Notes under the pieces: model-generated | The model's database searches: none | What the model was told of the DNA's origin: nothing | Seen by the model: the letters and a program-made list of their open reading frames with translations, nothing else | Part shown: positions 28,206 through 39,607 of the stretch, piece by piece | Layout: every line of letters begins with the position of its first letter | How positions within the stretch are numbered: position 1 is the first letter of the stretch | Program-made: the position numbers and the translations under genes | Assembly: GCA_964016885.1 (NCBI GenBank) | Contig: OZ024747.1 | Coordinates: forward strand, 28,520,001 to 28,584,000 | From: Eledone cirrhosa | Lineage: Eukaryota | Direction of reading: 5' to 3' | DNA length: 64,000 bases

Positions 28206-28865
28206 TATATATGTTTATATATACACATATGTTTATATATATATATATATATATGTTTATATATATACAGATGTTTATATATAATGTTTATATATATACA
28301 GATGTTTATATATCTGATTACACCACGTGTAATCAGACCTGCAAAAATTTTTTGAAGGTGGAATGTACTAATTTTACTGGATTCCTGTTGATAAGCACAG
28401 AAGATTTGGATATTTCACTTTTTATTTCAATTCCATTTCGATTCTCTTTATTTTTCAATTCATGTACCATCGTTGCGAAACATATTTGGGTTTCGAAGTT
28501 CAAATTCATCTACGGAGCGGGTTTAGATTTTGAAATTTAAATTTGTCCAGGAATCACGGCTTTTGCCAATATAAGCTTGTCTTTATTGACTTATATCGAG
28601 ACAGACAAATTGTATTCACTTTAATTAGTTTATTTCATTGCTAGCTAACTTTGTCTGTTACAATACAAACATGTTTTGTGTTTATCATATATATTAATAT
28701 ATAACTTGTATCTCACTGCTCAGAAATGCCTTTCTTTGAGCTGATTAATTGTAAACGACTAAGAGTTTAATCTCTAAATATAATATAGTATGTTTATATA
28801 TATATATATATATGTTTATATATATATATGTTTATATATATACATATGTTTATATATATACGTAT

Positions 28866-28941
<76 letters not shown>

Positions 28942-28969
28942 GTTTATATATATACATATGTTTATATAT

Positions 28970-30565
28970 ATCATCATCATCATCGTTTTACGTCCGTTCT
29001 TCCACGCTAGCATGGGTTAGACGGGTTGTCCTGTTGTGGGCAGTGACTGGTCGGCTGACCATGCCTTGCTCATACAGGAACTGATTTGGCTTGATTTCTA
29101 CAGCTGGATGCCCTTCCTAACACCAACCTCATTTACAGTGAGTGCTGGGTGCTTTTTCGTGGCGCCTACACGTCCACTTTACAGTGTGGGCTGGGTGCTT
29201 TTTTGCCGTGGCACCTCCACGACCACCTTGCGGTGGGGGCATATTGTCTATATGCTTCAGCTTGTACCCATGGGAGGTCGGGTACTCTGTATTACTGCGT
29301 GACGCCAGAAGTCACGGTCGTGTGTCATTGTCTTTGAGAGGTGTAATTGGGTAAGGTCGGCTTTTATCACCTCATCCCAGGCCATCTTGGGTCTCCCCAC
29401 TCCGCGGTTTCCATCAACTTCTAGTGCTCTGCACCTTTTTATGCAACTGTCATCCTTCATACGCATCACATGACCATTCCAGCGCAACCGCCTCTCCTGC
29501 ACACAGCATTTGATTCCTCTTATGCTCAGTCTTTCTCTCAATTCATTTATGCTTTGTCGTTCACGTATATTACTGTTACACATCCATCGGAGCATGCAGA
29601 CTTCGTTTCTCTCTAATCTTCGTAAGTCTTCCACCTTCAGCGCCCAGGTCTCACTACCATGCAACATCGCTGTTCGGATACACGCATCATAGAGTCTGCC
29701 TTTCGTTCTGAGGGAGAAGCCTTTTGCAGCTAGCAGTGGTAGTAGTTCCCTAAACCTTTTCCATCCCGTTCTTACCCTAGTTATTGTACTTTCTGAACAC
29801 CCACCTCCGCTGCTAATTCGGTCACCTAGGTAGCAGAAGCTGTCTACTGTTTCTACAGGGCCCTCCCAGAGATTGGTGGTACTTGTTTCCTGTGGCTGTT
29901 TGCTGCTTGCTGTCTCAGCACAGCTGCTGCATGTGAATCCTACATTCTTAATTAAGCTTCCTGAGATCCCGCTACATTTCTTGTGTACCCATTGTTTGCA
30001 TTTGGGGCAGAGGATGGAGTTCCTACCTACACCTTTCCTACATACTGAGCAAGGCCATTTCCCTGAGGGGATCTGGGTTCTGTTTTCTCGTCTACTTACA
30101 AGGACCTTAGTCTTTGTCATGTTGACTTTGAGACCCTTTCTTTCTAGTCCCTGCTTCCAAGTTTGGAATTTATTCTCTAGTTCTACCATAGATTCAGCTA
30201 TGAGTGCGAGGTCATCAGCATACAGGAGTTCCCATGGGCATCCGGTCTTAAACTCCTCCGTTATTGCCTGCAGGACTATGATGAACAGGAGAGGGCTAAG
30301 AACAGAGCCCTGGTGGACCCCAACCTGTACGCTAAATTCCTCGCTATACTCATTGCTAATCCTAACTTTGCTGACTGCTCCCCTATACATGGCTTGTACC
30401 GCTTTCACAAGCCATTCATCTACTCCTAGTTTTCTAAGAGCCCACCAGATTACAGCACGTGGAACTCTGTCAAAGGCTTTCTCAAGGTCGACAAATGCCA
30501 AGTAGAGTGGCTTACTTTTAGCTAGGTACTTTTCCTGTAATTGCCTCACAAGGAAGAGGGCATCA
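28970..30565 (-). mobile_element. 5'-truncated RTE LINE (RT ORF 29257-30549)
   Basis: FVDLEKAFDRV, GVHQGSVLSP, LLYADDL, Cys-rich insert, RRLRW; (GAT)n tail. Confidence 0.93.
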
Positions 30566-30619
30566 ATATATATATATATGTTTATATATATATATATATA
30601 TATGTTTATATATATATAT

Positions 30620-31350
30620 CATCATCATCATCATCCTTTAACGTCCATCTTCCACGCTTGCATGGGTTTGGACGGGAGTTTTCCCACTTGAGGCAAGAGT
30701 GGTTGTCATTGCTCGCATAGGACTGTCTGGCGGGTTTTCTACAGCTGGATGCCCTTCCTAACACCAACCACATTTACAGTGTGGGGCTGGGAGGTTTTTA
30801 CCGTGTTGCCTACACGGCCATATTACAGCGTGGACTGTGTGTTTTTTTGTCGTAACACCTACACGATCTCATTTGTTTCGGCCTGGATGTTGTGGCACCA
30901 ACATAACTTTACATTGAAAGGGGCGGTGTGGATGGGGTGGGGGTGGTGGGACGGGAGTGTATTTTGTTAGAGATGCCTACTGACTGTAGTAGGTTTTACT
31001 TTGTATTTAGGTAAAGCGGGTCTTCTCTATTACTGAGTACCGCCAAAGGTCTCGGTCCAGTGACATTGTCTTGGAGAGGTGTAATTGTTTGAGGTCGGAA
31101 TTTATCAGCTCGTCCCAGGTTTTTTGGGGTCTGCCTACTCCGTGGCTACCGTCTATCTTTATTGCCCTGCACTTTGTTATACAGCTGTCGTCTTTCATGC
31201 GCATCACGTGACCATACCAACGTAGCCTTCTCTCGAGTAAACAACATCTGATCCCTCTTATTTCTAATTTTTTCCTTAGTTCATTTATGCTTTGCCGTTC
31301 ACGTATATTACTATTACACATCCAGCGGAGCATGCAAGCTTCGTTCCTCT
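30620..31350 (-). mobile_element. 5'-truncated RTE LINE
   Basis: [18 protein letters not shown] plus 3'UTR; inverted relative of 21666-22545. Confidence 0.9.
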
Positions 31351-31883
31351 ATATATGTTTATATATATATATATATATATATGTTTATATACATATATAT
31401 GTTTATATACATATATATGTTTATATATATATACATGTTTATATATATATATATATTTATATATATATACATATATATGTTTATATATATATACATGTTT
31501 ATATATATATATATGTTTATATATATATACATGTTTATATATATATATATGTTTATATATATATACATATATATGTTTATATATATATATGTTTATATAT
31601 ATACATGTTTATATATATATATGTTTATATATATATACATATATATGTTCATATATATATGTTTATATATATACATGTTTATATATATATATGTTTATAT
31701 ATATATGTTTATATATATATACATGTTTATATATATATACATGTTTATATATATATACATGTTTATATATATATATGTTTATATATATATACATGTTTAT
31801 ATATACATGTTTATATATATATATATATATATATGTTTATATATAGATATATATGTTTATATATATGTATATATATATGTATA

Positions 31884-31919
<36 letters not shown>

Positions 31920-31937
31920 TATATATATATACATGTT

Positions 31938-31968
<31 letters not shown>

Positions 31969-32090
31969 GTTTATATATATATATATATGTTTATATATAT
32001 ATATATGTTTATATATATATATATGTTTATATATATGTTTATATATATACATGTTTATATATATATATATATATATGTTTATATATATAT

Positions 32091-34885
32091 ATAGTGATAA
32101 TGGTAATATTACTAGCGATAGACAGAACAACAACAACCACAATAATAATAATAATAGAAACGTTAACCACAGACACAGCAACAGTGACCACAGTAGTAAT
32201 AACGGTAACAATACGAACAACAACAACAACAATAACCACAGTGGTAATAATGGAAATAGTACATGTAGCAACATCAACAAAAACAAGAAACATAATAATA
32301 GTAACAACCACAATGGTAGAAATAGCAGTAACAACAACAACAATAACGGTGAAGTAAACAACAATACATCTAGCAATCATAACAATAATAATATTAATGC
32401 TAATGATAGAAACAACAACAACCACCATGATAACAATAATAGCAACACACACAACTATGACGATAGAAATAACGACAACCCCTTAGAGAAATTATTTTTC
32501 AACCCAGCTGACAAAACATATAAGATGGGTAATATCTATCCTACGAGGTTACCCTTTAATGAAAGAGTTTGCATACCACAACAAATAGATGACGAGACGG
32601 AGGCACAGTTCACCATAGCTAGAAATAAGATTAGACAAGTAGTAGACAGGTACACTATGAGACAGAGCAGACCAGAGGCCCAACAACTTGGGATAAAACC
32701 TGTAGAAGGCTTGGTTAGCCTCAAGCAGCGCACAAGGGATGGTGAGGTAGTGTGTCTACCCACAGATAAGTCTGGTAGGATGTCAATAGATAGCATGCCG
32801 AACTACATCGAGGCAATGCAACCCCACATCACCAACACGAGCGAAGTTGCACAACTAACACACGATGGGAGAGAAAAAATCCTCAACGCTCACATGATGA
32901 TGTGGACTGACATCCTAAAGCCAAGCAGACGCACTGCCAACAACTTCCAGGCGTCTAACAATGGCATACCACCCTTGTATGGGCTCCGCAAAGACCACAA
33001 GACAGTCGACGACCCGACAACAGGACCACCAACAAGACCTGTATGCGGAGCTAATATAGCTAGCAACTACAGGATCTCCTACTTCCTCTCAATGGTTATA
33101 CGCCCCATAATCAAGATGTCCCCAGATGTATGTGAAAGTACAGAGGACCTCCTCAGCAGAATCAGTGAGTGCAACAAAAACAGGAGCCTATCCAACTGCA
33201 TAATAGGCAGCATGGATGTGGTGTCACTGTACCCATCCATTAACATTGATTTTGCTGTGAAAAGATGTGTGGAGATGATCATTGAGAGTGAGGTGGAGTT
33301 CTGCGACGTCGACACAGACGAACTGGGCCTCCTACTTAGACTTACCTACGACACTGACTACCTAGACAGCCATGACCTTAGATGTTTCTGCCCTAGTAGA
33401 CCTATAAGAGGTAGACCCCCCACCATAACCTCAATGGCTAAAAAGACTCCCATAGGAAGGTGGATTGGGTGGACCAAAGCTATACGGACCCCCCAAAACA
33501 CTGATCAGGTAAGAAAAATGGTCGCACATGCAATAGGGGCTAGTATCAAAACTACCCTAAAGGGCCACATATTTAAGTTCAATGAGAAAATCTACACCCA
33601 AAATGAGGGAGCAGCCATCGGCGTCAGCATAGCTGGCGATGTTGCCAACCTTTTCATGGTATGGTGGGAAAGGAGACTTAAAGATCTCCTTAATGAAAGC
33701 TCCATAGACCTCATCATGTACTCTCGTTATGTAGACGATATCAATATAGTTATAAGAACACCCCCACTAGAGAGCACTAACAAGTTTGATTTAGAACGTA
33801 GCACGATGGAAAGCATCCAGCAGATAGCTAATTCCATACACCAGAGTATAACTGTAACTATAGACTTCCCTTCCAAACACCCTAACAATAGACTACCTGT
33901 ATTAGACACAGAACTCTGGATTAACACTATAGACGAGAGAGCCCAAATTCTCCACTCACACTATGCTAAACCCATGGCCTCCAAATACCTGATACTCAAA
34001 AACTCAGCAATGTCCAGTAGTGCTAAGTTTAATATTCTGATCGCAGATTTGGTACGAGTGATGAAGAATGTGTCCAACATGTGCGACCCAACAGAAATGG
34101 AAGGACACATCCAACACTTCATCAACCGCATGCAGTTCTCTGGCTACAACCAAAGAGACAGAGTCAGAGTATACGAAGGAGCCATGGAAAAGTATAAGAC
34201 CCTCATAGAACTGGACATGAAAGGAATTTGCCCACTATACAGGAGCAAATCATGGAATAGCTTAGATAGGGCTAGACATAAGATAGGGAAGGCCACATCA
34301 TGGTACGACAACCAGAGATATCAGAGTGTCATGTTTGTGGACGCCACCCCTGGAGGGAAATTAGCTAACCAGTGTAGAAAGGCCCTGAGAAAGACCCACT
34401 TAAAAATAAAGGTGGTAGAAAAGCCAGGAACCACCATAAAATCCCTGATCAGCAAAACCTACCCTTTTAAGAAAACCCACTGTACCAATAGGAAATGTAT
34501 CATATGTAAGGTGAACCCCCGGATAAACTGTAAAACTAGAAACGTAGTCTATAGCATAAGATGTACAGAGGGTACTTGCAGAAACACGACAACAACATAC
34601 ATAGGTGAGACAGCTCGTAGCATAGGTGAAAGGATAGACCAACACTGGGGGGAACTAAAAGGACGAAAAAACGGGTCAGTACTATACGAACATGCTAGAC
34701 AACATCATGACGGTAACATAGACAACATAGAAATTAGAATAATATCTAAACATAGGAATGACCCAGCAGATAGGCAAATCAGAGAGGCCAGTGAAATAGA
34801 AATTAGAAGACCAAAGCTAAACAGAAAGAATGAGTGGAACAACAACAACACCCAAACAAACAACACTGACCTAAGAGAAGTATAA
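32091..34885 (+). CDS. PLE RT/GIY-YIG ORF, copy 1 (5'-truncated within the Asn-rich region)
   Basis: Protein identical to copies 2 and 3 from SDNGN onward; the upstream part of the ORF-track call is microsatellite. Confidence 0.85.
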
Positions 34886-35150
34886 ATAAATAAGTAAATT
34901 AAATTAAATAAAATAAGATAAATAAATACATACACAAGCACATAAACACACACTAGTCACCCAGCAGACACAACACTATACACACTAGTCACACATCACA
35001 CATAACACTATACACACATGCAAACGCATGCGCAAAGAAGACAAAATAAAATAAGATAAACAAACAAGCAAATAAATAAATAAATATATAGACAGACTGA
35101 ACAAAAAAAATGGCGTAGACATACAACACAACAGGAGGAACAATGAATAT

Positions 35151-35214
35151 AACACCACTGACGATGTTGCAGATGTGCAACGAAAGATTTATGTAAACTA
35201 TATATATATGTGTT
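35151..35214 (+). ncRNA. Hammerhead-like motif in the trimer pLTR (also 39283-39346 and 43259-43322)
   Basis: CTGACGA-T-GTTGCA(GATG)TGCAAC-GAAA-GATTTATGTAAAC-TA; stem I imperfect. Confidence 0.55.
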
Positions 35215-35477
35215 TGTCTATATTGTATCTGTATTATTTTTGACCGCCGGTCAGTCAATGGCAACATTGAGGACCGAGTAAGTTAGATCGCAGATATATA
35301 TATATATAAAAGACAGCGAGAAGCGAAAACCAACCAAACAGTGAGTGTGTTCTGTTATTAATTCTGGCAATATTACGCAAATATGACCCTCCCCAAATAT
35401 AACAATATCTGTTTCGACACACGATTTCATATAAAAAAAACCTCGCAAAACTAATTCATCGCCGCTATGGCATTAGC

Positions 35478-38400
35478 TTGTGCCAAGCTGAAAGGTTATT
35501 GAAAGACACTGTTTTCTGTTATATAAAAACTACAATAACAACAGAACAAATCCGCTTCTTAAAACACTGTGTTTCCTCCAAAACATACACAACAAACATA
35601 TCAAAACAAGTAAATAATTTATTATTGAACAAAACACAAGCTGAACGGCTAAAACACACAATAACAGTTAATATGAAAAGAACAACATACACAAAAGTCA
35701 ACGCACTCTACAGACAAAAACGCATCAACGGTAAGGAAATCCGAAATCTCATCACAGCAAACGAGAGAGATGACTTCATGAGCGTCATCCGACGCGAAAC
35801 GAAATATGCTCAAAACGAATGCTGTAGGCATTTCAAGAAGAAATTAGAATGGATGAATAAGAAAAAACTACAAGAAAGGAAAATCGAATATTCTCAAAAA
35901 TACCCAGATAACATCGACAACATCCGTATGAGTGATGTAAAACTACCGGAAGAATTTACCAATGACCACACAGTAAATATCTATGGGAACACTTTAATCA
36001 GTGAACAAGAACAACAAATCCTAAAGTTACCACCAAAATTTGCCATCTACAAAAAGATTAACCCTATGGAATGCAAAACGGAGCTGGAAAAGTGTTTCAC
36101 AAAAATACGTTGGAATGCAAAGGTAAACAACAACAACAATAATAACGGTAGTAGTAATATAAACAATAACTCTGGGTATAGAAATAACAGCCATAACCAT
36201 AACAATGGCAGGAAAGTGAGAAATAGTGATAATGGTAATATTACTAGCGATAGACAGAACAACAACAACCACAATAATAATAATAATAGAAACGTTAACC
36301 ACAGACACAGCAACAGTGACCACAGTAGTAATAACGGTAACAATACGAACAACAACAACAACAATAACCACAGTGGTAATAATGGAAATAGTACATGTAG
36401 CAACATCAACAAAAACAAGAAACATAATAATAGTAACAACCACAATGGTAGAAATAGCAGTAACAACAACAACAATAACGGTGAAGTAAACAACAATACA
36501 TCTAGCAATCATAACAATAATAATATTAATGCTAATGATAGAAACAACAACAACCACCATGATAACAATAATAGCAACACACACAACTATGACGATAGAA
36601 ATAACGACAACCCCTTAGAGAAACTATTTTTCAACCCAGCTGACAAAACATATAAGATGGGTAATATCTATCCTACGAGGTTACCCTTTAATGAAAGAGT
36701 TTGCATACCACAACAAATAGATGACGAGACGGAGGCACAGTTCACCATAGCTAGAAATAAGATTAGACAAGTAGTAGACAGGTACACTATGAGACAGAGC
36801 AGACCAGAGGCCCAACAACTTGGGATAAAACCTGTAGAAGGCTTGGTTAGCCTCAAGCAGCGCACAAGGGATGGTGAGGTAGTGTGTCTACCCACAGATA
36901 AGTCTGGTAGGATGTCAATAGATAGCATGCCGAACTACATCGAGGCAATGCAACCCCACATCACCAACACGAGCGAAGTTGCACAACTAACACACGATGG
37001 GAGAGAAAAAATCCTCAACGCTCACATGATGATGTGGACTGACATCCTAAAGCCAAGCAGACGCACTGCCAACAACTTCCAGGCGTCTAACAATGGCATA
37101 CCACCCTTGTATGGGCTCCGCAAAGACCACAAGACAGTCGACGACCCGACAACAGGACCACCAACAAGACCTGTATGCGGAGCTAATATAGCTAGCAACT
37201 ACAGGATCTCCTACTTCCTCTCAATGGTTATACGCCCCATAATCAAGATGTCCCCAGATGTATGTGAAAGTACAGAGGACCTCCTCAGCAGAATCAGTGA
37301 GTGCAACAAAAACAGGAGCCTATCCAACTGCATAATAGGCAGCATGGATGTGGTGTCACTGTACCCATCCATTAACATTGATTTTGCTGTGAAAAGATGT
37401 GTGGAGATGATCATTGAGAGTGAGGTGGAGTTCTGCGACGTCGACACAGACGAACTGGGCCTCCTACTTAGACTTACCTACGACACTGACTACCTAGACA
37501 GCCATGATCTTAGATGTTTCTGCCCTAGTAGACCTATAAGAGGTAGACCCCCCACCATAACCTCAATGGCTAAAAAGACTCCCATAGGAAGGTGGATTGG
37601 GTGGACCAAAGCTATACGGACCCCCCAAAACACTGATCAGGTAAGAAAAATGGTCGCACATGCAATAGGGGCTAGTATCAAAACTACCCTAAAGGGCCAC
37701 ATATTTAAGTTCAATGAGAAAATCTACACCCAAAATGAGGGAGCAGCCATCGGCGTCAGCATAGCTGGCGATGTTGCCAACCTTTTCATGGTATGGTGGG
37801 AAAGGAGACTTAAAGATCTCCTTAATGAAAGCTCCATAGACCTCATCATGTACTCTCGTTATGTAGACGATATCAATATAGTTATAAGAACACCCCCACT
37901 AGAGAGCACTAACAAGTTTGATTTAGAACGTAGCACGATGGAAAGCATCCAGCAGATAGCTAATTCCATACACCAGAGTATAACTGTAACTATAGACTTC
38001 CCTTCCAAACACCCTAACAATAGACTACCTGTATTAGACACAGAACTCTGGATTAACACTATAGACGAGAGAGCCCAAATTCTCCACTCACACTATGCTA
38101 AACCCATGGCCTCCAAATACCTGATACTCAAAAACTCAGCAATGTCCAGTAGTGCTAAGTTTAATATTCTGATCGCAGATTTGGTACGAGTGATGAAGAA
38201 TGTGTCCAACATGTGCGACCCAACAGAAATGGAAGGACACATCCAACACTTCATCAACCGCATGCAGTTCTCTGGCTACAACCAAAGAGACAGAGTCAGA
38301 GTATACGAAGGAGCCATGGAAAAGTATAAGACCCTCATAGAACTGGACATGAAAGGAATTTGCCCACTATACAGGAGCAAATCATGGAATAGCTTAGATA

Positions 38401-39017
38401 GGGCTAGACATAAGATAGGGAAGGCCACATCATGGTACGACAACCAGAGATATCAGAGTGTCATGTTTGTGGACGCCACCCCTGGAGGGAAATTAGCTAA
38501 CCAGTGTAGAAAGGCCCTGAGAAAGACCCACTTAAAAATAAAGGTGGTAGAAAAGCCAGGAACCACCATAAAATCCCTGATCAGCAAAACCTACCCTTTT
38601 AAGAAAACCCACTGTACCAATAGGAAATGTATCATATGTAAGGTGAACCCCCGGATAAACTGTAAAACTAGAAACGTAGTCTATAGCATAAGATGTACAG
38701 AGGGTACTTGCAGAAACACGACAACAACATACATAGGTGAGACAGCTCGTAGCATAGGTGAAAGGATAGACCAACACTGGGGGGAACTAAAAGGACGAAA
38801 AAACGGGTCAGTACTATACGAACATGCTAGACAACATCATGACGGTAACATAGACAACATAGAAATTAGAATAATATCTAAACATAGGAATGACCCAGCA
38901 GATAGGCAAATCAGAGAGGCCAGTGAAATAGAAATTAGAAGACCAAAGCTAAACAGAAAGAATGAGTGGAACAACAACAACACCCAAACAAACAACACTG
39001 ACCTAAGAGAAGTATAA
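35478..39017 (+). CDS. PLE reverse transcriptase plus C-terminal GIY-YIG endonuclease, copy 2 (Nematis/Neptune-like; true start probably ATG 35383, across an A8 frameshift)
   Basis: [45 protein letters not shown], Cys-rich linker, [21 protein letters not shown]. Confidence 0.93.
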   Translation: MCQAERLLKDTVFCYIKTTITTEQIRFLKHCVSSKTYTTNISKQVNNLLLNKTQAERLKHTITVNMKRTTYTKVNALYRQKRINGKEIRNLITANERDDFMSVIRRETKYAQNECCRHFKKKLEWMNKKKLQERKIEYSQKYPDNIDNIRMSDVKLPEEFTNDHTVNIYGNTLISEQEQQILKLPPKFAIYKKINPMECKTELEKCFTKIRWNAKVNNNNNNNGSSNINNNSGYRNNSHNHNNGRKVRNSDNGNITSDRQNNNNHNNNNNRNVNHRHSNSDHSSNNGNNTNNNNNNNHSGNNGNSTCSNINKNKKHNNSNNHNGRNSSNNNNNNGEVNNNTSSNHNNNNINANDRNNNNHHDNNNSNTHNYDDRNNDNPLEKLFFNPADKTYKMGNIYPTRLPFNERVCIPQQIDDETEAQFTIARNKIRQVVDRYTMRQSRPEAQQLGIKPVEGLVSLKQRTRDGEVVCLPTDKSGRMSIDSMPNYIEAMQPHITNTSEVAQLTHDGREKILNAHMMMWTDILKPSRRTANNFQASNNGIPPLYGLRKDHKTVDDPTTGPPTRPVCGANIASNYRISYFLSMVIRPIIKMSPDVCESTEDLLSRISECNKNRSLSNCIIGSMDVVSLYPSINIDFAVKRCVEMIIESEVEFCDVDTDELGLLLRLTYDTDYLDSHDLRCFCPSRPIRGRPPTITSMAKKTPIGRWIGWTKAIRTPQNTDQVRKMVAHAIGASIKTTLKGHIFKFNEKIYTQNEGAAIGVSIAGDVANLFMVWWERRLKDLLNESSIDLIMYSRYVDDINIVIRTPPLESTNKFDLERSTMESIQQIANSIHQSITVTIDFPSKHPNNRLPVLDTELWINTIDERAQILHSHYAKPMASKYLILKNSAMSSSAKFNILIADLVRVMKNVSNMCDPTEMEGHIQHFINRMQFSGYNQRDRVRVYEGAMEKYKTLIELDMKGICPLYRSKSWNSLDRARHKIGKATSWYDNQRYQSVMFVDATPGGKLANQCRKALRKTHLKIKVVEKPGTTIKSLISKTYPFKKTHCTNRKCIICKVNPRINCKTRNVVYSIRCTEGTCRNTTTTYIGETARSIGERIDQHWGELKGRKNGSVLYEHARQHHDGNIDNIEIRIISKHRNDPADRQIREASEIEIRRPKLNRKNEWNNNNTQTNNTDLREV

Positions 39018-39607
39018 ATAAATAAGTAAATTAAATTAAATAAAATAAGATAAATAAATACATACACAAGCACATAAACACACACTAGTCACCCAGCAGA
39101 CACAACACTATACACACTAGTCACACATCACACATAACACTATACACACACGCAAACGCATGCGCAAAGAAGACAAAATAAAATAAGATAAACAAACAAG
39201 CAAATAAATAAATAAATATATAGACAGACTGAACAAAAAAAATGGCGTAGACATACAACACAACAGGAGGAACAATGAATATAACACCACTGACGATGTT
39301 GCAGATGTGCAACGAAAGATTTATGTAAACTATATATATATGTGTTTGTCTATATTGTATCTGTATTATTTTTGACCGCCGGTCAGTCAATGGCAACATT
39401 GAGGACCGAGTAAGTTAGATCGCAGATATATATATATAAAAGACAGCGAGAAGCGAAAACCAACCAAACAGTGAGTGTGTTCTGTTATTAATTCTGGCAA
39501 TATTACGCAAATATGACCCTCCCCAAATATAACAATATCTGTTTCGACACACGATTTCATATAAAAAAAACCTCGCAAAACTAATTCATCGCCGCTATGG
39601 CATTAGC

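Noticed and set aside
28316-28785. Unique AT-rich segment as a possible host exon
   Set aside because: No SLC18B1-like peptide or convincing splice-bounded frame found
31853-32090. N-terminal extension of the 1010-aa ORF
   Set aside because: Microsatellite fortuitously in frame with the truncated PLE copy
36027-36584. Antisense hydrophobic ORFs over the Asn tract
   Set aside because: Reverse-strand consequence of AAC/AAT repeats
35478-39017. Naiad-type selenoprotein PLE
   Set aside because: The endonuclease is C-terminal and there are no in-frame TGA codons
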